From the sequence record MN453779.2: a DNA stretch of 64,000 bases; one strand, written 5' to 3'. Of this stretch, positions 49,508-58,533 are shown piece by piece (positions within the stretch are counted from its first letter, which is position 1; each line of letters starts with the position of its first letter). The notes under the pieces were generated by a model. The model was given only the letters and a program-made list of their open reading frames with translations. It was not told the origin of the DNA and did not search any database. The position numbers and the translations under genes are program-made.

Positions 49508-50059
49508 ATGCAAGTTAAATTGGGATTGAAAGAGACCAACGTCTATTTCCTAAGGGAACAAGACCTTGATCTTTTGAATGCAAACAAGCTTCGTCTTGTT
49601 GATCTGCCTTATCTACCTAAATTTGATAATGTGGTTGACAGTGACTGCCTGGACTGGTTGGAATACCAACGAGCTGTGGAAAAGCAATACTGTGGTTTTA
49701 AGAATACAACTTATACACCTCTTGGTGATATTAAAAATGTTGAGTTTAACCGGACAGGTACGGTTTATAAAACAAAGTATCAAGATGTTCTAAATTCCGA
49801 CAAGAAGGTTAAAACAGGAAAGCATTTTTACTTCCACACAGCTGGTGGTCAGGTATTCATCCTCAATAGTAATAATATTGTGAAGAACGCCTTGTTCACT
49901 GAAGTACCGGGAGATCTATCTACCGCTGTTTATCGTTCCCTGCTAAATGCGGTGGGTTCTGTAGAGTTTTATTTCCGTGACTCTAAGGAATTATTCAAAA
50001 CTTGCGAAGAACGTGGTTTCATTGATCCTGGTTTTATTCTGTCCAAAGTAGTTGCGTAA
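49508..50059 (+). CDS. Virion-associated protein (phiKZ gp119-like), 183 aa
   Basis: Synteny between the helicase and the capsid gene. Confidence 0.55.
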   Translation: MQVKLGLKETNVYFLREQDLDLLNANKLRLVDLPYLPKFDNVVDSDCLDWLEYQRAVEKQYCGFKNTTYTPLGDIKNVEFNRTGTVYKTKYQDVLNSDKKVKTGKHFYFHTAGGQVFILNSNNIVKNALFTEVPGDLSTAVYRSLLNAVGSVEFYFRDSKELFKTCEERGFIDPGFILSKVVA

Positions 50060-50097
50060 TGCTTTGTGATTAATAAGGATGGTTATACGTTTAATGA

Positions 50098-50105
50098 ATG
50101 TTATG
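50098..50105 (+). promoter_or_regulatory. Putative late promoter core ATGTTATG
   Basis: About 80 nt upstream of the capsid ATG. Confidence 0.5.
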
Positions 50106-50185
50106 CGTAAAACTCACTCCTGTTGCGCAAACAAATATATTTGTTTTCGATATCGACATGTCTTTTTAAATGGGAATTTCTCTTT

Positions 50186-52360
50186 ATGACTATCCAATTT
50201 TCCGTGAAGGGTGCTGGTAACAAAGGCGCTCACCTGAAGAACGTAATGGCTAACCTCCAGGCCGTGCAATTCAAAGAAGGTAATGTCTGGGCTGGTATTA
50301 CTGGTAACGAATCTCTGAACGCTGTTGAATCCACCATCAATGCCGGTATCGGTTTTAACCAGAAGAATGCCATTGCTTCCGCAATCGAATCTTTCAATGA
50401 TCAGAAATTTGCCGATCGTGCCTCCAAGCTGGCAGAAATGGTTAAAGTCGGCGGTATGGAATCCTTCTCTGCTTCTATGGAAGCTGGTAAGATCAACCGT
50501 CACAAAGCTGCTACTCTGGAACTGAACGCTCGTGGTAACCGTCAGTGGGATGCTGCTGAAGAACTGTTCAAAACTGTAACCATTGGTTACGGTGACGAAG
50601 TTCTGTCCCTGCCGATCGATGTAGCAGGTGTTGGTACTTATAACGTTTCTGGTAATGTTAACGAGTCTTTCGAAGACCTGCGCCCGATCGCCTCCGTTCT
50701 GGCTGACGAGAAGTTCTCTTCTGGCGATGACCTGAAACTGGTTCCGGTATATCCTGCTGACGCTGGTAACCCGAACCGCGCAGCTTTCGTTGCCGAAGCT
50801 GACTGGACTCCGTGGGATGAAGCTTATGAAGCCAACGATCTGCTGGGTCGTGAAGCTCACAAGACCAACTATCTGGCAATCCGTAAAGCTAACAACCTGA
50901 TGAGCCTGTGCCAAGCTCCTGGTGCTCCGCGTTTTGAACAGAACGATGAAATCGAAGCAGGCTCTATCCGTCTGAACAGCTTCCTGCTGAAGATCAAGAC
51001 CAAAGATGGTGAGGGTTTTGCTACCCTGGACACTTCTACCATGTCCTCCACCGCCATGCGTCCTGGTACCGGTCTGACTTCTGATGAGAAGCGTCAAATC
51101 GCTTTCGTTATCAACGGTATCGACGTTGCTAACCTGAAGACCAGTGCTGGTGCTCCTACTCAGCTGTTCAAGACTCTGACCGATGCAGGTCTGCAAGTAT
51201 TTGTACAGTTTGAATACTCCGCTACTTACCAGCGTTCTACCCGTGCTCTGTCCCCGACCGTATCTCCTGTCACCATTGCTTATGTAATGAAGAACGGTGA
51301 GAAGCTGGTTCCGGGTACCGCCGGTATGCCTGCCGATATTCAGGCTCTGATTACTGCTCAAGTTACCGAAGCTTCTGTTCACGGTGTTGTTCTGAAAATG
51401 AACCACAACAACGTAAACCAAAGCCGTTACGGTACCACCGTTGTATTTGCAAACACCATCAAGAACTACGGTGTACGTCGCCGTAATCCGATCTCTGTTA
51501 AGTACCCGATGCAAGGTGATGACACCAACGCTGACGTACTGGCTCAGCTGATCAAGCAAATGGACGTACTGGTAACTCGTGAAATGTCTCATGACGCATT
51601 CCGTGCGGCCCATGGTCACTTCGCATACCTGTATGACAACAACGGTCAGCAGATGGTTAACATCAACGATGATAGCTCCTCTGTTCTGCCGGGTCAACAC
51701 TTCCTGAACACCACCGCTGTTCACAGCAAGTTCAAACTGCTGGAAGAAGTCTCCACTCTTGATTCCAAAGACGCTCTGGATAACATCCGTGCCGTTATGG
51801 TCAACAAGATCTATGACATCATCACCGCTCTGCGTGTCAACTCCAACGTTGCCGCACTGAAAGAGCTGGATGGTCGCGCTGAAGAGTATCGTGTAATTGC
51901 ACACTCTGCTGTAGCTCCGTTCCTGATGAACTCTGGTGACTATCGTACCTTTGGTAACAACGTCAAGTTTGAAGTTGTTGAAACCAACATCAACTCTGAG
52001 AAGGGTCTGCTGTGGGTTGTACCGAAGTCCAACACCAAAGATGACGAAATCGACATCTACGGCGGTATGGGGATCTGTGTAACCAAAGAACTGCTGGTTA
52101 TCGAAGGTGCAGTAACTCAGGCTGATCGTCAGTACCGTATGCTGATCACCCAACCTGCTTACCAACACCACGCTCTGAGTTGTGTTTGTGGTCTGGGCGA
52201 AATCGAAGATATCGACCTGCTGCTGAGCGACGAAGGTCTGATCGGTGCTGTTAACAAGCACATGGTACAAGTCAGTGGTTCCACCAATCCTGCCGGTGTG
52301 CAAACTGTTTCCGTGAATAACTGGCCAACCAGCTATCCCGAAACTGTACAAGTACCGTAA
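50186..52360 (+). CDS. Major capsid protein (phiKZ gp120-like)
   Basis: About 724 aa from ATG 50186 (the track extends to a TTG at 50123); GNESL and GMESF propeptide sites; WDAAEELFKTVTI; strongest codon bias in the window; synteny. Confidence 0.88.
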   Translation: MTIQFSVKGAGNKGAHLKNVMANLQAVQFKEGNVWAGITGNESLNAVESTINAGIGFNQKNAIASAIESFNDQKFADRASKLAEMVKVGGMESFSASMEAGKINRHKAATLELNARGNRQWDAAEELFKTVTIGYGDEVLSLPIDVAGVGTYNVSGNVNESFEDLRPIASVLADEKFSSGDDLKLVPVYPADAGNPNRAAFVAEADWTPWDEAYEANDLLGREAHKTNYLAIRKANNLMSLCQAPGAPRFEQNDEIEAGSIRLNSFLLKIKTKDGEGFATLDTSTMSSTAMRPGTGLTSDEKRQIAFVINGIDVANLKTSAGAPTQLFKTLTDAGLQVFVQFEYSATYQRSTRALSPTVSPVTIAYVMKNGEKLVPGTAGMPADIQALITAQVTEASVHGVVLKMNHNNVNQSRYGTTVVFANTIKNYGVRRRNPISVKYPMQGDDTNADVLAQLIKQMDVLVTREMSHDAFRAAHGHFAYLYDNNGQQMVNINDDSSSVLPGQHFLNTTAVHSKFKLLEEVSTLDSKDALDNIRAVMVNKIYDIITALRVNSNVAALKELDGRAEEYRVIAHSAVAPFLMNSGDYRTFGNNVKFEVVETNINSEKGLLWVVPKSNTKDDEIDIYGGMGICVTKELLVIEGAVTQADRQYRMLITQPAYQHHALSCVCGLGEIEDIDLLLSDEGLIGAVNKHMVQVSGSTNPAGVQTVSVNNWPTSYPETVQVP

Positions 52361-52400
52361 TAACTACGCAAAGTAGTTAAGTTGTTAATACGCTAACTAA

Positions 52401-52440
52401 AACTCCTACTCTCCTTTTGGGAGAGTAGGAGTTATTTTTT
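52401..52440 (+). terminator. Hairpin terminator
   Basis: AACTCCTACTCTCC-TTTTG-GGAGAGTAGGAGTT followed by ATTTTTT. Confidence 0.85.
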
Positions 52441-52460
52441 GTCTTATGTTTTTCTCTGTT

Positions 52461-52494
52461 CTATATTTTTTCAGATAGATATTATTAAGTTGTA
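52461..52494 (+). promoter_or_regulatory. Putative early promoter, 34-bp motif copy 5
   Basis: CTATATTTTTTCAGATAGATATTATTAAGTTGTA upstream of the operon containing the nvRNAP beta N-half. Confidence 0.6.
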
Positions 52495-52541
52495 ATGTCA
52501 GGGAGGTTTATTTCTGATGTATTAATAGTAGAGAAAATAAG

Positions 52542-53570
52542 ATGAACAATTCACGAGTACATAAAAACTCTGAATTTGGATTTCGTTCTCTTATTGAGAA
52601 CAATACTTTCGAAGATCTTTATTTGATCCACAGATCTGGCGTGAAAACAATTCTTCCAGCCAAGACCAGTGAAACATTGAATAGAGATCCATTCATGGTT
52701 AATCAATTGATTATCTATGGGGAAGTTGGGGTACCTGATTGTGTATTAACAGAAATTATTGACACCAAAACAGGTGAAAGTCCATTTCTGTTGGAACAAC
52801 TGGGTAATCATCTATCCGAATTCAAACAAGAACATCCTTATTGCCAACATTGGGCGACACCTTGGGATCGCTCTTTCCATACTTGTCACGATATTAACAA
52901 AAACTATTTTGTTAGTGAATCACTGGGAGTATTAGTTTGTAAAGTTCCAGAGCTAGATAACGTTTTAGCTAAATCGGGTTTCCTTCCCATGTACGCACTT
53001 CATAAAGAGATGCCAGAACCTAAGTTAGGTGATGACATGTCTATTGAGGACCGTAACTTTAGCAATAGTGATATTCTTCACGCAACAGCCGTAGTAATTG
53101 ACAAGCGTAATAAAATAGGTACTCTCTGGACTACTGTGTTCGGACAGACTTATGAGTTACCAGTCATCACCAACTCCCAATTGGAAGATGGTGTATATTT
53201 GAAATCAGGTAGCACTGGCAACGGTCCTTTTGAGTTTATTGCTTATAACTCTACTGATTTTGATAAGTTGATTCGTGAACGCAATATCCATCGTAAACGT
53301 GATGACGCAATCTTTGATCCGAGTAATAAAGAACTGGCAGCTAAGTTAACTGAACTCAGTAAACTAAAAGCTGAACATAAGAAAGTAAAACTCGAATTAC
53401 AAGAGCTGATAATTGAGCACAAGAGAGTCAAGGAGAAACATAAAGACGAGTTTGATACTTTAAAAGGTAACAGGCTCAATAATACTATACTGGATTGGTT
53501 TAGAGCAATCATGGGTCCGTTTGGAGGGGATATCAAACGACTTATAGGTGGTTTATTCACGTTTGCTTAG
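52542..53570 (+). CDS. Conserved-type hypothetical protein with C-terminal coiled coil, 342 aa
   Basis: ORF between the capsid and RNAP genes. Confidence 0.75.
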   Translation: MNNSRVHKNSEFGFRSLIENNTFEDLYLIHRSGVKTILPAKTSETLNRDPFMVNQLIIYGEVGVPDCVLTEIIDTKTGESPFLLEQLGNHLSEFKQEHPYCQHWATPWDRSFHTCHDINKNYFVSESLGVLVCKVPELDNVLAKSGFLPMYALHKEMPEPKLGDDMSIEDRNFSNSDILHATAVVIDKRNKIGTLWTTVFGQTYELPVITNSQLEDGVYLKSGSTGNGPFEFIAYNSTDFDKLIRERNIHRKRDDAIFDPSNKELAAKLTELSKLKAEHKKVKLELQELIIEHKRVKEKHKDEFDTLKGNRLNNTILDWFRAIMGPFGGDIKRLIGGLFTFA

Positions 53571-53628
53571 TTGATAAACTAACTAGTATCGGATATAACG
53601 AGTACGACTAACATACAAAGGAGAAGCA

Positions 53629-55329
53629 ATGGATCCGCAGTTGCTAAGAAAGATCTCCAAGACCAGAGAACCGTTTACACCGGAACTGGTTGAAGGATGG
53701 CACGAAAAAGATTTGAACAAGAGTGTCACGTATCTTGAAAACTGTTTTAGAAATATGTTTAGATCGTTAGAAGAAAAAGGATATGTTTTCGACGGGATAG
53801 AAAAAGTTCCTCCTCTAGAGTTTTATAATGCAATCACCAAACCAGGTAACGGAACTAGTTCCGGAACAAAGGAGTTTGAAATTGCTAAGAACTCTTTTTA
53901 TGGTGTGCGTGTAAAACACCACTTCAAAGACCCTGTAACAGGTGTATGCCAAGAACTCAAAGAACCTTTGATGTTTCTACCGTACACTAATCGACATGGA
54001 GATATTTATACTCGTAACTCACTGTATGGATTACAGTATGTGTTATCAGAACGAGGACCTTCTGTAGACGGTGGTAAAGATAAAACCATCTTTATTCGCG
54101 TAACGGGATACAAGTTCAAAGTAACCAAGGAATTGCATACCTTTAACAGGGTGTATAAAGTAGGTGAGAACACTATCACCAATGCAATGAACATGACGCT
54201 CCCCGCAAACCGCTTTTATCAAGCGCGCAAGGATCGTCGTATTACCAACACTAAGATTCCCATTCCTTTGTTGAGTTGGTATCTGTTTGGTAAGTATGGT
54301 TTCTCTCAATGCATGGAAGAGTACGGTGAATGCGAGTATCGTCTAGATACCGTTGACACTTTGCTTGAACATTATAAAGAGAAAGATGGTTGGGAGATTT
54401 ATAGCAATACAGGTGCGATTCACCCAAAGGCTTTTGACAGACCAGTTGGTATGCCTTTGATGGATGATCCTGCAATTGCTATTCGTAGTAAAAATAAAGA
54501 CGGGCAGGTTAGTAACCTAGCACTACAATATACTGCTGGCTTGCTATACATGTTCGGAGTATTCAACCATGATCTTGATATTACCAAATTGGATGATATC
54601 AACTATTGGCGTTTAATCATCGGTCGTTGTTCTATTAAATTAGCGCAGCGGACCGAAGATGAAGTTTATCTGAAACAGATGAATGAACATTTCCTGTCTG
54701 TTGAAGAGTACGCTGATGATCTTACCATTGACAAGTACAACAAGTTCGATATTGAAGTAAAGAACACGTATGACTTGCTCAATTATCTCATGTTGAATTA
54801 CTCTAACCTGATTAAGTTGTACGATCCAGCTGACATGCTCCACAAGGAACTCTCCTCTATGGAATTCCTAATGGATTACATGATCAACCAAGCCAACAAC
54901 TTTAAGTTCCAAATCAGGAATAAAGCAGTTATCATTCCAAAGATCATTAATCGCGAAATTGATACGTTCTTCCGTCTGTTTAACATAGACAAGAGTGTTC
55001 GTGACAATAATGTCTGCTTGGAACAAACCGGAACGGATAATCCGTTTATTGATTATGGGTTGGGTATGATTCTTCAAACCAAGGCTAATGTTGGAAAAGG
55101 TCCTGGTAGAAAGAAAGAAGACTTCGATCCTAATCATCCGGGATCCAAGATTCATGCATCACAACCATTTGTCTGTAGTTATCAATTTACAACCAAACCG
55201 AATCCAGATGGACGAGGACTACTACAACCACGAGTAAGATTGGTTGCTGGTAGATTCGTAGCACTCCATCCGGAAGATCGTCAGTTGTATGAAGCAACGA
55301 ATCATCGCCTCAAGTTTAGAGAGCGCTAA
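53629..55329 (+). CDS. Non-virion RNA polymerase beta subunit, N-terminal half (phiKZ gp123-like)
   Basis: LMFLPY...G...LQYVLSERG resembles RpoB region B; C-terminal PFVCSY...PDGRGLLQP; synteny after the capsid gene. Confidence 0.8.
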   Translation: MDPQLLRKISKTREPFTPELVEGWHEKDLNKSVTYLENCFRNMFRSLEEKGYVFDGIEKVPPLEFYNAITKPGNGTSSGTKEFEIAKNSFYGVRVKHHFKDPVTGVCQELKEPLMFLPYTNRHGDIYTRNSLYGLQYVLSERGPSVDGGKDKTIFIRVTGYKFKVTKELHTFNRVYKVGENTITNAMNMTLPANRFYQARKDRRITNTKIPIPLLSWYLFGKYGFSQCMEEYGECEYRLDTVDTLLEHYKEKDGWEIYSNTGAIHPKAFDRPVGMPLMDDPAIAIRSKNKDGQVSNLALQYTAGLLYMFGVFNHDLDITKLDDINYWRLIIGRCSIKLAQRTEDEVYLKQMNEHFLSVEEYADDLTIDKYNKFDIEVKNTYDLLNYLMLNYSNLIKLYDPADMLHKELSSMEFLMDYMINQANNFKFQIRNKAVIIPKIINREIDTFFRLFNIDKSVRDNNVCLEQTGTDNPFIDYGLGMILQTKANVGKGPGRKKEDFDPNHPGSKIHASQPFVCSYQFTTKPNPDGRGLLQPRVRLVAGRFVALHPEDRQLYEATNHRLKFRER

Positions 55330-55348
55330 CGCATAAGGTGGTATTACA

Positions 55349-57763
55349 ATGAACGGCGGAACACTTCTAGGTCGTAATAACCAGATGTTTAATAACAATA
55401 ATGTTAACCAACTGCAAGCGAACCAACAGCAGCAACCCCAAGGTAATATGAACCAAGGTAATCAGTTGCTCGGTCAATTGATCCAGTTGTCAAAGGGTGG
55501 TGCTAATCTTAATCAACAAGGTGGCGGTTCTAGCAGTCTGTACAACTTTAATAATGGTAGTGATCCGTCTTTTAACCAGTTCCTTGATCTTAGCGATGCT
55601 CAAAGTAACGAGATCCTTAAGGGACAATCATTAGCCGAGGCAAGTCAACTTGCTGGGGTGGTTTTGCAACATGGATTTAGACGTATTCAAGGTCCGTATT
55701 ACAATGCCATTCGTCAAGGTATGGAATTGTTCCGTCGATTGGATCGTAATGCTCCACATTTGGTTGATGATACTAGTGAGCTGTTTTATAACCAGATCAT
55801 GAGTAACAACAACTTGTACAATCATATTGTTGCTAATAGCTGTTTGCAGCTTTCTGCTCTTGCTGCTATGCGACTAATGAATGGTGAGAACATTCGTGGG
55901 AACGCCAATGTGATTACCGAGATGATTGTGGATGCTGTTGGCGCAACCTGTGGTCTACAGTTACTGGATTGGATTTGTAAGAACCCTAATGGTTCTACTA
56001 TCTTCCATAACTCCAGTCAGAACTTTAAAGCCCTCCTTCGTCGTATAGAGAGCTGCTGGGATAGTATCAAAGCTCGATACGATTTCATCCCTGGTTCTGT
56101 AATCCCCTGGGAGCGTGGACAGTTGACAGCTACGATGCGTAAAAGTGATCTCCCTAATTACATGTTGGATGCAAGGATGGGGGTAAACTTTGAAGGTTTG
56201 ATCGGTAACAGTTATCAAGCTGTACAAGATCTCACGCCTTCTCATCATACTGTTCAAGATCATAATCAGGGTATTGATCCAGCTGGTTATCAATTGATGA
56301 TGGATTACTTCAATCGTACCAAGTGTTCAGTTGAAGACGGGACGTACCCAACAGCTCCTAGTAAGGAAGAACGAGTTCAGCGACGTCAAGATTATCATAA
56401 CGTTAATGATTTTGACCGCGAAGTTAAATCCACTAAGTACTTTACTATGGATACTCGTTTTGATTACCACTTTGACGACTATTTCGTTCAGATTGGTGAT
56501 ACTGGCTGGTACGCTGCTGAGAACCAGGTCATGATTGATATCATGTCTAAGTTCACCAACGTTAACACTGGTAAGAAATTTGTTAAATCTGAAGTGTTCT
56601 ATCTTAACCTTGAATGGGTTTCACTGTGCCGTTTTGATGTAGCTAACGGAACTGCCGAAATCAAATTCTTACGTATCCCAGGAGAAGATGCATTGAGATT
56701 CGCTCTTACAGACCCGAATCGTGTTCTTCCATTTATGTGGGAACACAATGGAGAAGTTGTTTCCTCGTTTGTTGCTAATCCGGCAGAAACCAATGACTTT
56801 GTTCGTGATAATAAAGTTATTAGTCTGGGTGAAATGCAACCTCTGGAGAAAGAACCGAACATCCTGTCTTCCAGCAATGTAGTTAAAGTAAACTCTGAAA
56901 GTGAAGCGTTTGCTAAAGTAGATGCTTCTCTGAAGACGTTTGATAAACAAAATCATCTTGATGCGTTCATTATGGCAACTGAACTAAACGCACCTTTCAC
57001 ATTTGAAGAAGGAGTTGAATCAAAGAAATTCTACGAAATATTTAACACTTTGGTTATTGGAGAGGAATTGGATTACTCTAATAGCTATGACATGTTCAAG
57101 TCTCTGGAACGTAAAGTTAAACAGTTTGGTTCTGCTATGTTTGAACATTTCCTACGTACTCAACTTACCAACTTGGTTAACCGTTGGTTGAGTGAATGTC
57201 GTGGGTTCCCAGCAGAGAACGATGGCGTTAACTTCTTTGTTAAACTTGATGATCTGTTTGATGATCTAGATGCCTTCTGTGAACTGTTGAAGAATAAGGA
57301 TCATGAGTCACTCCGTGCTTTCCTTAATCTAGCCGATAATGAATTCCTGAAGAGTAATTTGCAATTTATCAAACCAGCAAAGGAAACTGAAGAAGAACTG
57401 TTTAAGAATGTAGATAAAGATGATCCGGTAGCAGTAGCCGTAGCTACTAATGAGTTTGCTCAGTCGGTCGTACTCAAACGTCAAGTTATGATTACTCAAC
57501 TGAGAAAAGAAATTGGTCCCGTAAGTAACGATAAAGTAACTTTGATGGAATCACTTTCACCAGCAGTATTTGTCATTGTGAAAGAAGCACGTAAACGTTC
57601 AGAGTTGTTGTTTGGACGTCAAGTTCCTGTGTTACTGGAATTTGAAACTCCAAGTGGTAATCATACACGTTCTGCTACGTACTGTGATTTTGATCAATCT
57701 GTTATGAACATCTCAGCACTGAAAGGTCTGGGTGAACTTATCTTACTTCGTACTGTAGATTAA
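55349..57763 (+). CDS. Large hypothetical protein with a Q/N/G-rich N-terminus, 804 aa
   Basis: AAGGTGG RBS; function unknown. Confidence 0.8.
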   Translation: MNGGTLLGRNNQMFNNNNVNQLQANQQQQPQGNMNQGNQLLGQLIQLSKGGANLNQQGGGSSSLYNFNNGSDPSFNQFLDLSDAQSNEILKGQSLAEASQLAGVVLQHGFRRIQGPYYNAIRQGMELFRRLDRNAPHLVDDTSELFYNQIMSNNNLYNHIVANSCLQLSALAAMRLMNGENIRGNANVITEMIVDAVGATCGLQLLDWICKNPNGSTIFHNSSQNFKALLRRIESCWDSIKARYDFIPGSVIPWERGQLTATMRKSDLPNYMLDARMGVNFEGLIGNSYQAVQDLTPSHHTVQDHNQGIDPAGYQLMMDYFNRTKCSVEDGTYPTAPSKEERVQRRQDYHNVNDFDREVKSTKYFTMDTRFDYHFDDYFVQIGDTGWYAAENQVMIDIMSKFTNVNTGKKFVKSEVFYLNLEWVSLCRFDVANGTAEIKFLRIPGEDALRFALTDPNRVLPFMWEHNGEVVSSFVANPAETNDFVRDNKVISLGEMQPLEKEPNILSSSNVVKVNSESEAFAKVDASLKTFDKQNHLDAFIMATELNAPFTFEEGVESKKFYEIFNTLVIGEELDYSNSYDMFKSLERKVKQFGSAMFEHFLRTQLTNLVNRWLSECRGFPAENDGVNFFVKLDDLFDDLDAFCELLKNKDHESLRAFLNLADNEFLKSNLQFIKPAKETEEELFKNVDKDDPVAVAVATNEFAQSVVLKRQVMITQLRKEIGPVSNDKVTLMESLSPAVFVIVKEARKRSELLFGRQVPVLLEFETPSGNHTRSATYCDFDQSVMNISALKGLGELILLRTVD

Positions 57764-57789
57764 AGAGTTATTCGCGAATAAATCTAAAG

Positions 57790-57817
57790 CCTATACCTGG
57801 ATCACTCCAGGTATAGG
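57790..57817 (+). terminator. Hairpin terminator
   Basis: CCTATACCTGGA-TCAC-TCCAGGTATAGG. Confidence 0.7.
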
Positions 57818-57925
57818 TCTATTTCGTCGTGTAATTCTTTTTAAGCAATTGTTTATGTTGATCTAACAGAATGTATGGGTTACTTGTTACTGTTGTTTAG
57901 AAAGCGTTATATAAGCTTTGGTAAT

Positions 57926-57977
57926 ATTTAAGATCCATAGATTTTCAAACCTATATTACTAGAGTGTATAAACATGA
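57926..57977 (+). promoter_or_regulatory. 52-bp repeat copy B, containing early promoter motif copy 6 (57935-57968)
   Basis: 14-bp and 28-bp blocks identical to 17303-17354 at the same spacing. Confidence 0.85.
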
Positions 57978-58031
57978 CAAGTGTTTATAATATTCACATA
58001 TTTTCCACAAGTCTAGATAAGGAATACAATC

Positions 58032-58475
58032 ATGAACAACTCCGCTCTGAACCTGAACTCTGACATGAACCAACCAGCACCTAGTGTTTCCACTGACACC
58101 TCCAATCTCAGTCCGAACAAATGGATCGTTGCCGGCGTAGCTATCTCTGCTGCTCTGGCTGTTAACCTGACCGACCAAGTTAAAGAAGATCGTTTCGATC
58201 TGATCAGCAATGTCGCGACCATGACCGCTGCAACCTTGGCCGGTGGTGTGTCCTACAAAGTAGCTAGTGACGTTGAAGGGGTACCTACTTCACTGTGCAG
58301 CGTCCTGGGTGGGTCTATCGGCGTCCTGTCTGCGGCAGTTGTCAACCCTACCGTAATGGCCCTGGGAAACAAGGTCAAGAACGGGTTTGGTAGCAAAGCA
58401 GAGGAACAGTTCGATATCGTGATCGTTGATAACGAGACTCTGGAAGAACACCTGGAACAGAAAGAAACCGCATAA
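58032..58475 (+). CDS. Small Gly/Ala-rich hydrophobic protein, probably membrane-associated, 147 aa
   Basis: AAGGAAT RBS; WIVAGVAISAALAV, VATMTAATLAGGVSY, SVLGGSIGVLSAAVV; GC-rich codons. Confidence 0.75.
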   Translation: MNNSALNLNSDMNQPAPSVSTDTSNLSPNKWIVAGVAISAALAVNLTDQVKEDRFDLISNVATMTAATLAGGVSYKVASDVEGVPTSLCSVLGGSIGVLSAAVVNPTVMALGNKVKNGFGSKAEEQFDIVIVDNETLEEHLEQKETA

Positions 58476-58481
58476 TAAGTA

Positions 58482-58513
58482 TTCCTACCTACCCTTTATT
58501 GGGTAGGTAGGAA
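58482..58513. terminator. Bidirectional hairpin terminator
   Basis: TTCCTACCTACCC-TTTATT-GGGTAGGTAGGAA between convergent genes. Confidence 0.8.
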
Positions 58514-58533
58514 CTTAACTATATATTATTTTT

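Noticed and set aside
50114-52351. 745-aa antisense ORF spanning the major capsid gene
   Set aside because: It is codon-for-codon in register with the capsid gene and is explained by the absence of TTA/CTA/TCA sense codons; no RBS and no protein-like motifs.
57818-57925. AT-rich intergenic stretch as an ncRNA, tRNA or small ORF
   Set aside because: No cloverleaf, convincing structure or RBS-bearing ORF was found by eye.
9197-58513. Repeated hairpins as a CRISPR array or MITE family
   Set aside because: Copies are dispersed singly at gene ends, with no regular spacers, cas genes or target-site duplications.
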